This document shows, one piece after another, positions 1 to 58,966 of a stretch of 64,000 nucleotides of DNA. The position numbers and the translations under genes are program-made. The stretch is from contig JAQGDQ010000083.1 of the NCBI GenBank assembly GCA_030141605.1, positions 434,001 through 498,000 of the forward strand. Reading direction: 5' to 3'. The first letter of the stretch is position 1; the number at the start of each line of letters is the position of its first letter. The notes below the pieces were generated by a model, which saw nothing but the letters and a program-made list of their open reading frames with translations, searched no databases and was not told the DNA's origin. The DNA comes from Tubiluchus corallicola (lineage: Eukaryota; Animalia; Priapulida).

Positions 1-298
1 TTATTATTACTATTATTATTATTATTATTGCTGTTGTTGTAATGTAGTTTTGTTTATCATGCTTACCCATTAAATTAAATCAAATCAAATTAAATTAAAT
101 TTTATCTATTGGCGTTATCCATTTATTTATTGTCCATCTAAGTTACTCTGACGTCTTAATCTATAAAATAATATCGTGTTTTGAGTGAGAAAGTCTTTAG
201 AGATCTAATCGATCAATGTATATGAATACAAAATACGTGTGTAAGAACGAAGCAATGTTCTCAATGACAAATAAGAAAAAAATCATTTCGATGTGCAG

Positions 299-45605
<45,307 letters not shown>

Positions 45606-45658
45606 ACTGGATACATGTTTTAATTGAAGAACTTGTAGTTAGCATATAAATGCATTTT

Positions 45659-45664
45659 AATAAA
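45659..45664 (+). terminator. Candidate polyadenylation signal AATAAA
   Basis: First AATAAA, about 54 nt after the stop codon; the 3' end of the transcript is not verified. Confidence 0.45.
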
Positions 45665-46910
45665 AGACCATCTGAATTGGATTTAACATTTTAGTTCTTG
45701 CTGGTATCAGTTCTGTAAAAAGGTTATTCTAACTACAAGGTTTTGTTGAACATCACAAAAAAAACAAGCAAACATATGCTTTAGCGTGCACGCAGTCATG
45801 CACACATGTGTTCATGCACTTGCTCACACATGCACGAGCACACATATAAATATACAGAAATGTACATAAATTAGAAACGACTTGAAGAATATATGTGCAG
45901 TATAGCGAAATCCAGGTTATATTGTCTAAAAAAGCTGTATACTTTTAACCACGTGGTAACATGACGCAACACGGTTACTGAGGGAGCTGAGAGCGGTTTA
46001 TACGACATCTCCGTACAAGCCTTTTGAGTTCTGGAATATATTAACAGTCTGTTGGAGATAATCTTTTGGTCACTCTCAAGTTTTTCTTTATTGGAGCCGT
46101 TTTTTACAGGGCGCTTCTAAAAGTACCCCATTTCAATTTGAGCACATATTCAGCAAATCAATAAAACATTGATCCTTCTACTGAAGGACCTTTACTCCTT
46201 ACCGAATAAAGATCAGTGGATCTTAAATGACGTATATGGCCAGGAAGATCACGTATTGGTCAATGTTAAGCTTTCAAGCTGGTGCACCATATAGGGGACG
46301 CCCCTAAAGTACCCCAAAGTACACTTTCAGTACATCATTGAAACTTTGCAAAAATGTTGTTTGTACAAGTCTAGTAAACTGTCAGCGTCTGTCACCAGCC
46401 GCTCATGCGTGTAATTATATTACAGGGTTTTAGTCAGTTGAGGTATTTAGCAGTAGCTTTGGTAGCATTAAATTTCCCATATGCAGTTTGCTTTTCCTAT
46501 GAACATACAGTTTTAACTACTACAACGGTTAAAGAGTTTGTTACAGAGATCTGTTTTACCTTGATAAAATATCAGTTGAAATTATGCACCAAATGTCTTA
46601 ACATATGAAGGTGCTTTTCTAAATTATGGCATATTATAAGTTGCTTAATTTTTCAAAAATGCTTAGCACCACAATAGCGACATCATGCATTTTTAAAAAT
46701 AATGCAAAACTACGTTGTATGTAATGTTACGCATAATTTACGAATATAATTTAATATACATTTGTATGTACCGCATATATTGCAAATATCTTCGCTAACT
46801 ATTATTTGTATACTCCTTTAACTGTGTAAATAATTCGTTATCATAGCTAATGTTTACACTGCTGTGACGTTAATTTTACATGAGTAATACGGCCTGTATT
46901 TTGTTGTAAG

Positions 46911-47666
46911 CATAGACGTACGGGGTCCCTGAATTTTAGGGAGCAGAGGATTCTTTGCTCGAATTCTTAGAATTTCACTCGATTTTTAGGCCCCCGTTTC
47001 AACAAGTACAACCTTACTAAGTTCCAGATAGCGAATACAAAAAGGCATCATTTCTGATGACATAAGACTGAACTCATGAAGCTGATCAACATTTTTTTAT
47101 TAGCCATATTGAAATGTAATGCACAACACACGATACGACCTATATGGCCAGATATCTTGATAAGCTATGCTGATTATGCACAAGCACGTGGATCATTGGG
47201 TTTCAAAGATTGTCATTGATTATGGTATAAACAGTGTCCTAAGAACCAGAAGTGCGACGATAACTTCCGGAACAGAACAGTTTACTCCCAGTGAACATTG
47301 AATGACTGAGATGGCACAGCAACGGACCAGTAAAGAGGAACTATTCATATTTCATGACCGATATACGAATCGGTTACTGTGAGATCAAGATCAAGATTCG
47401 GGCATCCAGGTGCATGGCATAAATATTACTCTCTCAAAATTCGGGCCATATTTGAATTCCAGGAATAAATAAGGCGATGACGATTGAAATCTGAAAAAAA
47501 TATCAATTTCGAAGTTGAAGAAACTATTTTCTGAAAATATAAAGGGCAGTTCTGCCCGAATATGGGCGTCAATTTTGCCCGAATTTTTTGAAACCCGAAA
47601 ATTTGGGGCGGGGGCAGTGTGCCCCCTGCCCCTGCCCCACAACCCCCCCCGCCCCGTACGCCAATG
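46911..47666. mobile_element. Non-autonomous hAT-like element
   Basis: TIR CATAGACGTACGGGG / CCCCGTACGCCAATG; 8-bp TSD GTTGTAAG / GTTCTAAG (7/8). Confidence 0.75.
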
Positions 47667-47737
47667 GTTCTAAGTGTTGCTGGGAGCACCACAACACCAC
47701 AGTTGTTAATCTGAAACTAATAAACGATGTTTAAAAT

Positions 47738-48022
47738 TATGAAACGCCAAAGTGCAATTTCATGCTTATCTTTAACATTAATAAATCATTCATGCATATT
47801 AATAACTCAATCTTTAATATTCAAAAATCAATTATAAATATTAATAAATCAATTTTGAATATTCATAATTCATTTTTTAATATTAATACTTCATAGCAAT
47901 TATTAATAAGGCATTTATTAATAATAAACAATGAATTATGAATATTCAAAATTGATTTATTGATATTCATAAATGATAAATGATATTAAAAATAAGCATT
48001 AATTTCCACTTTTTAGTTCCAT
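47738..48022. mobile_element. AT-rich foldback MITE, unclassified
   Basis: Imperfect TIR TATGAAACGCCAAAGTG..ATGCTTAT / ATAAGCAT..CACTTTTTAGTTCCATA; internal inverted AATAAATCAATTTTGAATATTCATAATTCATT. Confidence 0.6.
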
Positions 48023-48874
48023 ATAAGATGATATTACACTTTTAATCTCCCTTTTTGCCACACAATAGTTCTGCGACTCACGTGGCGTCAGTTTTTGAGA
48101 TTGGCGTCATCGGAACATTATATGAAACAAATTTCCTGAAAGCAGATTAATGCGTTTTTTTCGTTTGGCAGTAAAGAAGTAGGGCCCTAATGGCCAGCTG
48201 AAAAAGCAGCTTTTGCGATTACCTTAATGTGTAAGCCTTCGTTTCCTCCCCATAGGACAGTATAATCAAATTCTGTAACTGAGTGCTGTAATTTTTCACT
48301 TTGTCTTTAGATATCTGTGACATGAATAGGTTTAAAAAGCCACTAAATAAGTTAGTTGAATGATATTCGGGATTACTTTAATGGTTACTAACTACATTTT
48401 CTAGGCTCAGTGCTCCAATCTCCAGCTTTAAATACAAAACTGAAGTGCGGATGATTTTTCTCAACCTTCGCATGAATGTTCTGTATTCTTAATATGTCAA
48501 TTTTAATGTTGAAAAATATATATTCTTATTATTATTTCACTTTACTAATTTTGTGTAACTGTTTCTTTATTTCCATTCATCATGTTGTAAACTTTCATCA
48601 TCATTCATTCTCATCCTCACATGCTTATTCACATCCTTTCCTTTCATTTTTTAAATGTGTTATAAATTATTACTGAAAATTTCACCGTCAGGGCATTTTT
48701 ACAAGTTTAGCTTCCTTAATGCCTTGGAACACAAATTCATCTAGACATTTAGTTTAAGTGGACTTCAAAAGTTGTTTCAAGTTGCGCATTTTATTTCTTG
48801 TTAATTATCGAACTGTAATGTTATGAAAAAGTGCTGTTATTATTATCATCCCATACTGACAGAGAATGGACTCT

Positions 48875-49480
48875 GTATGGGATAATAATGACAGTACTTT
48901 TTGTTGGGAATCTTTGGCTTACATAATACTTTTGCAGCAGCTCATTTCAGTGAGACTTTAAGAGCCATTTGTCGTAACAAGATTTTGTTATCTTTTGAAA
49001 GCTTTCCATAGATACATTACGCCTGTGTTCTGAACAAAGTAATCCGATAGGTAAATTACGTCTATATGCTATTAAATAGAAGAAAGTTATTCCAGGAAAC
49101 CTTTTATATTTATGTAACTGCCGAGACAGCGTTATAGTCTTTCAGCTATGAGGTTGTCTTTGAATCACAGCTTAAGTACACTATGGGCCAACCATACTAG
49201 ACAATGGGCCCTCCCCATTCACCCCTTGAGGATTTTTCGAGGTGATATTTTTTGGATGCAACGTAATCAACAACAATCTCATTATTATTCTTTATTACAT
49301 CTTTTTATAGTTCTAATGTAATAGAATTAGAGTTTTCACACTAAGTCCATAATTACCACATTTCTTCTACTTTATAATTCTATCACTAAATCTATGAGTG
49401 GAAAATGGTAGCAGACACCAGCATTTTGTGGCACGTACCACATCAGGATATGCAACGACGATGCGTCGCCGAATGGACAG
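48875..49480. repeat. Dispersed repeat, copy 1 (partner ~54838-55910)
   Basis: Collinear direct match, e.g. GTGAGACTTTAAGAGCCATTT, CTGAACAAAGTAATCCGATAG, TGAGGTTGTCTTTGAATCACAGCTTAA. Confidence 0.8.
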
Positions 49481-49659
49481 CCTAGTAAACATTGCCAATT
49501 TGGGGCCAATTCTGGGCCATTACTGACATTGCGACATGTGCGCTACTGGCCCAGTACAGACAAGCCAGAAACCAATAATCGGGCCAGTAACGTGCTTATA
49601 CCACTCCAAAACGGTTTGCATGCTGACAAGTTGTTGGCCCAGTTCTGGCAGTTAGCGTT

Positions 49660-49915
49660 TGCCCAGCATGGAACCGGTTATTGTGCCAGAGTTGGCTATA
49701 TTAAGGCTTCATTAAGGCCCGATTCAGGCACGCAGCACTAGCCTACCATGGAGCCAGTTACTGTGCCAGAATTGACTGTATTAAGATTTCACTAAGACCC
49801 GATTCAGACAGCCAGCACTGGTCCAGCATGGAACCAGTTATTGTGCCAGAACTGGCTGTATTAAGGCTGCATTAAGGCCCGATTCAGGCAACCTAAATTA
49901 AGCCAGCATTAAACC
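49660..49915. repeat. ~80-bp tandem repeat (x3), probably transposon subterminal
   Basis: CATGGA.CC.GTTA.TGTGCCAGA...TATTAAG...TAAG.CCCGATTCAG.CA three times. Confidence 0.75.
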
Positions 49916-52651
49916 CTCAGAGCCAGTATACTAATTATTTGCAATTCTAGCATTGTTCTCAGTACGGCAGTCCATAACTGAATAATAGTAAATGCTCATT
50001 ATGTATTTATGCAAGTACAGTGAATAAAACTAGAATTCAATTAACTGCAGTGACAGTTCGTTAAATTCTAGTCATATTCATTGTAATTCCATAAACGCAC
50101 AATGAACATATAAAAACTTAAATGTCAATTATGCTGCCATGAAATTACATTACCAAAAACAAAGCTAGAATTCAAAACAATTACAATACTAGCTTAACTA
50201 GGTTGCCTTAATGATCATAATAATCCGGTTTCATTTCTAATACAGTACAGAGAGCAGTTCAAGAATTCAAAACATTTACTGTGCATGGGCTCATGAGGTA
50301 AATAATTCCTACACACAAACTATACAAACCAGTAATGAAAAGATATATAGATTTATTAAACAAATTTCTTAAAAGGCAAACAAAAATTTTGTACGAATAA
50401 GTAAATATCGAATCATGTTGTTATAATCACAATACAGAAGATTAAGGTGCAATATGGATACGGAGGTTTCTTTCAATGTAAAATTACTCTAAGAAATTTG
50501 CTGCATGCATTTTTTAGTTTATTAAAGATAGGTTTGGCAAGGGCCTATGTACATGGTGCACTTTTGGGCACAAGGGTGAGTCTTCAACTGGTTGCATTGT
50601 GGCCTTGTGTTGCTTGGCAAGTCTAGTTGCGATGCCAGGCTGTTAAAATGTCAAGAGTTACCACGTGACCAAATCTCACTTATCTGATTGGTCTTGTTCT
50701 TGGGTCCAGCTTTCGATGTTGCAAGAAATTAGAACATGCGTCATATGCATGCGTCTAACGCATGAGTCATAAAATCGCATCGCATGTACAGTTTACGCAT
50801 GCGTCAAAAACGCACCGTGTAAAAAGGCACAAGCAATCATTAAAGTATTTTGTTAAAAGCCGTAACTGAGTGAATTAATAACTACAAATGCGACATCTAA
50901 CGTGCGACCTGGATTGATGGCAAAAGAACTACGCATGCGCAGCTGTTACAAACAAATACGAAATCACTTGGGACTTTGTTGAAAATCTGTCTTCTATTCC
51001 TCGTTTTGCATATAAAATATTCAATCGTAGATATCCTCATTATGTCCGATGGGCTATCAGTTTAATATTACACAGCAAAAAGCCAATGCTGAAACTCCGC
51101 AGAAGTGCAAACGATAATTGTCGTTAGATAAATAAATAGTTAAACGCACAAATAAACTTCAAAACTGGAGTCACCGTCTGTAAAACAGATATTGCAAGCA
51201 ACTGTTACAATTTTTAGCACTCCTACCGTGATGGACTAGACTAGATCCGTCCCTTAGCTATATTGTGTTTCTTGTGAATTGCAAGCAACCACCTTTTCAC
51301 ATTATGTTTTGTTCAATTGAAGATGCCTAACTAAGTTTGTTTTTGTACAAAGAAACAACCTGCATAATTTACTTTATTTTTTATTACTGCTGTTTTAATA
51401 CTAGGCACCCGTGAACTACAAACTGCCCCATAGTTATCCTAAATGTGAGTGTTATGCAGGTCATTTTGAAAGTGTGTTGGCTTCGGCATTATTACTTCTT
51501 ACGGGGGTGTTTCTTACATTCTCATTCAGCCTTTATAGTGCTATAGTTACCTGTCTAAAGTATCAAACTGCCATGAAATATAACGAACTCTTCCAGTATC
51601 AGGAGAATGCGCTTTTTGATAGAGACAAGTAGGGATAAGCTGGAAAATGTGGCAGTTAAAATGTTAGGCTTATAATTTGGTTGACTAATCTAAGTTTTAT
51701 TTATTTAAATTGACTGAGCTGACGTTTCTTAGGTAGAAAAAACCTGGACTGTTGTAAATGGTGTAATACTACTCGTATGGACACTGTCTCTTAACGCAAC
51801 TGAGTGAAGGAAAAACCATCTTTGAAAATTCTGCATAGCATTGCAGTAGTTGTCATTGTGGTGTGGACGGACTGGGACCTAGTACTGTTAAGCCGAGGAA
51901 CGTGATGTTTCGAAGATGGTATCCCTTCCATGGAAAGACGATGGGTGTACTCCAGTGATTGCCAGTGGACTGACGTAGTGAGCGCTCACTCCAGAGATAA
52001 GTAACTATTTACTTCTGAGCTTAATTGTGATTATGCGAATTGGTGGAATCTTGCGCACAAACTCTTATGGGTGGTGAAAACTGCAGTTACTATTAGGTTA
52101 CTGTTTGATACTAAAAACTCGTATTGTAGTTCTTGAAATGGCCATCTCTAATTATTATAATGTATTTTTCCTTTTTTTCTTGTTTACTCAGATTGTCTGT
52201 CAGTATAATAAAAGCATTGAAATGTTAGCAATCTATTCAGCAAATTTTGTACTCAGAAACCGGTAAACATGACACTAGGAAAATCCCGTATTTAAAAGCC
52301 TTAGCTTCAAGCACGTAACGTTACCAAAGTTAAGTGAGTTTCTTACTCGTATTTCATTTCTAACTAATTACGACCACCCACAGGAAACCATCATTACACC
52401 TACTGGTAAACGCGATTTTATAATGATCCAGTCTTGCAAGAATATATTTTCCTTTTCATTATGTGCGTTTAACAAGCCAATTTCTATTTTTAGCATTTTG
52501 GCAATATTAGCCTCATCACCCTGGGCACCTATTGCTTCTGTAAACAAAGACAAGACGGAACACAGTTAGTTATGACTACCTTTATTCTTTCTTCGCAGCA
52601 TGTTCTTTCTCCTAAAGCTTGCAAAGTACAAGAGAAAAGTAGGGGGAGGGG

Positions 52652-52786
<135 letters not shown>

Positions 52787-54234
52787 AAAAGTGTATGTTT
52801 CAAATGGAAGGCCATAAGTGCAGACGGGACTAACTAGCTGACTAAAATCCTACAATTGCACGCATGCGCGTGTTGTGAACAGACGCCCCTGCTTTACTAG
52901 ACTTTTACTAGGCAATGCGAGAAGTAAAATTTAGTAATCTTTTAAACTGATTTTTACATTTAGCAAAATACTTCATTTCTCAAATCCCAAAAAGGCTTTT
53001 GCACAGATTAATTGTTGACACAAATAATGACTGTTTAGCGCACCGCAATTATAGGTTTAAAAGAAAGAGAAGGGTATTAAAGAAAGAGAATATTCCTGCT
53101 GATAACTTGCTGTACAAATACGATGACGCTAATTTTCACAGTTTAAAGAACAAACACAGGCACTGGTGCTGTACATTATTAGTATTCTTTACTACTAAAA
53201 AGTTAAGTACAATGAAAACATAAAATTGGATCACACTTATATTAAAATTTGTATGCAACCAATTAATAAAAAACTGATAAAAGCAACAATATCATTATTA
53301 GATGGCCTACACATTTAAACTAACACACTTAAAAGCTAAATTAAAAGTATATACAAATGAATTGGCAAATTACAAAAATACACACATATTACATTGCAGG
53401 TTGTCATTAAACAAATCAATGTTGTCATTAAACAACGTCTTCAAAATGGTTAAATTGGACTTGAATACTATAGGACTTATACTAAATTGGACAATACTAT
53501 ACAACATGGAATACTATATTGGGAGATCCTGGAGTTTTTCAGTTGAAGGGCACAGCGATTTCAAACCACAACGCAAGCAATTTGATGGACTCACCATGAT
53601 CACACCTTAAATTTTATTAAAGTCGTCAAACTTTACCAACCTCCTCTACATCATATTTACTTTCATACGCGCAGCTGGGGGTTGGGGTTCTAGTATCTAT
53701 AATCATTTCTCGTGTGCTTTCTTGCTGTAGTCTGAATAATAATAAGTTTGACATGTGCTGTAGCTTTGCTCAACTCTAGATGCACCTGATGGGTTTCTAT
53801 GAATTAAAGACGTAGCACTGCGAAATAGGAAAGAGCTAAGCATTTCCATGAAATGTTTTTGTTACTCTGCCTATGGAGTATAATTGTGCACACACTCAGA
53901 CACGCACGCACACTTTACGCAGAGATGCACACGCACGTACACACATCTCATAGCATTTTCCATGTTTTGAGGCAGTTAGACCAGGAGATAGAAAGTGATG
54001 TAATTTGTGGCTTTCTCTTTTCAATTGCTCAAGAACTCTTTTACAAATATTCTCCTCTTTCACATATCTTCGGGATCATCAAAATTTTGAGTTCACCATC
54101 ATGGTTAATATCCCCACCATAACACTGCTGGCACATTTTGGTATAATTTCTAATGAAAGAGACTGCCCAGCTGTAACGCCACTTCTCCAAATTTGCACAA
54201 CATAGTCACTATCAGTTCTCATTAGTAAATTGAA

Positions 54235-54390
54235 ATATATTTTTAGCACAGCATATTCATTAGCAGTACTTAGTAAAGATAAGTATATTTTTAGCACAGC
54301 ATATTCATTAGCAGTTCTTAGTAAAGAGATATATATTTTTAGCAGAGCAAATCCATTAGCACTTCTTACTAAGGACAAGTATATTTTTAA
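54235..54390. repeat. 48-bp minisatellite (x3)
   Basis: TATTTTTAGCACAGCATATTCATTAGCAGT.CTTAGTAAAGA repeated. Confidence 0.8.
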
Positions 54391-54524
54391 GTTCTTTTAA
54401 GAAAATTGAATTGTTTAGCTGCTTTGCTTCATATATATTCAAAACATGTGTATTCCATTTTAAGTCATTGTGTGTGGTTGCACCCTAATAGTTAACAGCA
54501 CAGTGTTCAATGTTAGAAATATTG

Positions 54525-54700
54525 GTAAAAGAAGAAGTTAAAATGACCATAAATATATACATATATATTTCTATGCAGCTGATGAAGTCCGAGAAGACGA
54601 AGGCTTCTGGAGAAAAAATAAAAGAATTTTTAAGATTTATGGGCATTTTAACTTCTTCTTTTACGATTATGACCACGACAAATCTCAGAACAGCCCTGTC
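54525..54700 (+). mobile_element. Penelope-like pseudo-LTR relic with a degenerate minimal hammerhead ribozyme (54576-54609)
   Basis: CAG-CTGATGA-A-GTC-cgagaa-GAC-GAAG-GC-TT-CTG, then AATAAA at 54617. A 30-bp inverted repeat (54525-54554 / 54635-54664, 29/30) encloses both. Confidence 0.6.
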
Positions 54701-54837
54701 TTATTTTCAAATTTGAAACATTCATTACAGCAGTGTTACTTTTTATGAAAGTAATTAACATTTCATTGGTTTTCAAACATTTAACATTAAGATGATTTTG
54801 ATCAGACCACTGGAGGATTTGAAAATGGACTTTGTCG

Positions 54838-55910
54838 GTATGGGGATAATGGCAGCACTTTTTGACGGGAATCTTTACGCTGCCAGGCAAAGAAGCCGCT
54901 CTTGTCATCAAATAAGATGAGGAAGAGCCAAGGTTCTACGGTTGCAGTATTTCGCTTCAGGTGAGACTTTAAGAGCCATTTCTAGTAATGGGATTCTGTT
55001 TTGTTTTGAAAGCTAACTATTGATACATTGCGCCTATATCCTGAACAAAGTAATCCGATAGATAAATTACGCCTACTTGCTGTTAAAGGAGAACCAAGTT
55101 AAAACAAGAAAACCTTTTATATCTATAAAACTACCGAGGCAGCCTAATAGCCGGCGGCTGACTGAGGTTGTCTTTGAATCACAGCTTAAATAGACAATGG
55201 GCCAACATCCCTTGAGTAGGGCCGTATCAAGACTTTTTGGCGCCGTAGGCTGATAGTTCTGTCCCGCCCATATCTGTTGTGAATTTATGATTGCCTATGT
55301 AATGAGCAGACTAAATGCTAATTACTTGTGGTATAGTATAAATACTATTAACCCAATTTCTACGTGGTCATTACTAATTACATGAACACTGCGTAGCGCT
55401 AGAATTCACGCAAACTGCGCAACTCGTTGCGTATTACCTTGCACCTGCTCGCATAAAAGCTGCGCTCAGTAACTGCCTGTGGTGTGTTATAAAATGCGCC
55501 TTTTACATGAATATGAAAGCATACACATTTTCCAAGGACAATTTTTTCTAAAATGTGACGCCTCCCAAACTTTGGCGTACTAGGCTAAAGCTTAGTTAGT
55601 CTATTGGTTCAAACGCACCTGCCCTTGAGAATTTTTTGAGGTGATGCTTTTCGGATGCAACATAATAAACGACAATCTCATGGCATTTTTCTGTATTACG
55701 CTTATTTTTTATAGTTCTTCTTATCATTTTATACTGTAACGAAACTATTTAAACTTTAGCTGTTATGTATTTAATATACTTCATTTTTCTATCACTAGTT
55801 ACGAGTGGAAAATTGTGTCACACACCCATTATCCAACTTAACACAGCTTTTTCTGGTATGCACCACATCAGATATGCAACGAAGAGGTGTCGCCGAATAG
55901 ATAGGCAGCC
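54838..55910. repeat. Dispersed repeat, copy 2, interrupted by a hAT MITE
   Basis: Aligns with 48875-49480 except for the 55217-55621 insertion. Confidence 0.8.
55217..55621. mobile_element. hAT-like MITE nested in a repeat
   Basis: 8-bp TSD CCCTTGAG on both sides; the paralogous empty site at ~49223 has a single CCCTTGAG. Confidence 0.8.
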
Positions 55911-56353
55911 CACGTACCGTAATGCGTTATACTTTCATATGACGAAGACATTTTTTGGAATGTTGATACATAACCCCCCCCCCGCCCACCAATACTGTCG
56001 CATTTTCAAACTGTATTCATGTTACTTGACTTGGCTTCTCTATGTTATGCGCTAGTGGCAGGGGAGTTTGCATGTTCAGTTAGCAGTCTGTTCTTGTCAA
56101 AAAAATTGAAAAAAGTTCTCAAAGTTTACTCAATAAAACCTTTCATTAGTCAAGAGTCCTAATAGAGCCGTGATATAAGTTGATTTCTTTGTCAATCAGT
56201 ATCAAATTATAACTTATTGTTTCGTTTCTTGTTTTAAGTTGAAACTACAGTTTGCCTTATCTTGTTGTAATATATTTGCACATAAACGTAAAAAACGTAA
56301 CTTAATAAGAGCATATTATCAGTAGCAGTGCGTAATGGCGCATATAGAATTAA

Positions 56354-57108
56354 GGAACGTAGATAAAAATGGCACACTTAGTAAAATATAAGTTTAGGGT
56401 TGGGGTTACAGTGAGGGATAACTAATTTTTTTATTCTTACCTCCCCCATGGAAGGTATGCTTCAACGCAGTTTGTTTGTTTGCTTATTTTGTTTTGTTTT
56501 TGCCTGTTATGACAGTAAGCCTCTTGCGCAACAACTAACTAATGAAAAAAGGCAGGCATTGAGTGCCAAAATGGGAATATTTTTGCCAGTTCTTTTTTAC
56601 AAAACTTGTTCGAACACCACGTACAAAAAACATTCATGAAGTACTTCGTGCAGGTTCCAGAGGGATTGTTTAGCACTTCTCTTCTATCTCCACAAGGACA
56701 AACAACTACGAGCTATTTCCAGGTTCCATTTCCAGAAATTCTCGCTTATAAACCTACTGAGTAATGCTTTCCATAACCTTTGCTTATTAACGTGTATAGC
56801 CGTATAATCTACCTTGGCATGTAAATATATATATATATATATATGTTAGTCAGTCCATTACTATCGCTAAAATTAATGGTAAAAATGTAGGTGAATACTA
56901 TATGGACTATTCGTGCATTATTAATTATAAATCTATTTAATGTACAAAATATTTTCTGGGTCTTTTGTTAGTCTCCATAATACCAGTGCAGGTACATTTT
57001 CCCTACTTTTTCATTTGTGCCATTTTTTATTGTGCCATTTTTACAGTGCCATTTTACAGTGCCATTTTTCCTGTGCCATTTTTACCTGCGCCATTTTTAC
57101 CGCGCACC
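56354..57108. mobile_element. TIR DNA element with 14-bp subterminal repeats
   Basis: Left GG...ATAAAAATGGCAC; right end has tandem GTGCCATTTTT.. repeats ending GCACC; flanks AGAATTAA / AGAACTAA. Confidence 0.5.
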
Positions 57109-57391
57109 AGAACTAAGAAGTATTGATCGTTGCTATTTGACTACACAGATTTTTATGCATAGTTCACTGGTTTATCTACTTAGCTATCTGTATTATTTTA
57201 TTGAATTATACTTTGCTGTGTTTTAAAGCATGTCTGATTTAGGTAAGAAAACTGTCCCTCGGTTACAACGAATGTTTAAAGACAAGAGTTAACGACGTCG
57301 CTATTACATTCACTTATACTATTAATAACGACGACGCTAAGTTAATGACGGCTTTGTGATTCTGATTGTAAAACTCAAATTGTAAAGAAGC

Positions 57392-58116
<725 letters not shown>

Positions 58117-58618
58117 GTAATTTTATTTGTACTGTGGTAGTTTAATTTGTTAGTTTTTTATTCTTCATTGTGTGAATAGCTTTTGTTTGATTCGTTCTAA
58201 TGTGCAACTGAAACCTATGTTAGTATTTTCGAATGGTTCTGTAAAAAACGCTAATGCCAAATATCAGTTTTTTTATCTCGGTTATATTACTGCCATGTTA
58301 ACTGGTACACACTTAACATATGTTTACTGTCAAAGTTGATAGATGATAGAGTAAAATGATAAAGATTATTCTATCTATCTATCTACTTGTAGAGAAAGCA
58401 AAATTGCTGTAAAATAAGGTGCAGCTTGTGCAAAAAAAGCAAAAGTCAATTTTGCAAGAAGAATGGCTAAAGTTAAATCTCGATTTGCTGGACGTGCTCG
58501 AACTGAAATTAAGCAAGCAGACGCAGAGGCAATGCCCGGTAGTCGACGTTTTGTAGATGGAAAAGAGCAAACAAGAAAATGGGTAGCAACTTATTACCAA
58601 GAAAATAATGCTCATTAT

Positions 58619-58966
58619 ATGGAACAAAACGATGTATATATATCATTGGCCACTAATGATGTTTATGCACAAAGTACCCTTATTTTAGCACATTCTTTGA
58701 AAGTCACTGGGAACAAACACCTATTGGTTATCATGGTAACAAATGCAGTTTCATCATTAATGATATCACAGCTTGGCACTGTTTATGACAAAGATGAGTT
58801 TGTTGAAAAACGGAAGAACCAAAGCATAGATACGCAGCTTCTTCATGAGCGACCCGAGCTACGCTGCACTTATGTTATTAAGCTTCACTGCTGGTGTCAG
58901 GTGAAATATCCGAAGGGCATGTTTCTTGATGCTGACACATTAATTTTGCAGAATACTAACGTCTTA
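58619..58966 (+). pseudogene. GYG: Intronless, 3'-truncated glycogenin (GT8) retrocopy, about residues 1-113
   Basis: MEQNDVYISLATNDVYAQSTLILAHSL...RPELRCTYVIKLHCWCQVKYPKGMFLDADTLILQN aligns with glycogenin-1 as I recall it ([22 protein letters not shown]...[34 protein letters not shown]). It lies within ORF 58463-58990. Confidence 0.88.

Noticed and set aside
49660-49915. CRISPR-like repeat-spacer appearance
   Set aside because: Eukaryotic context, whole units repeat with no unique spacers, and no cas genes.
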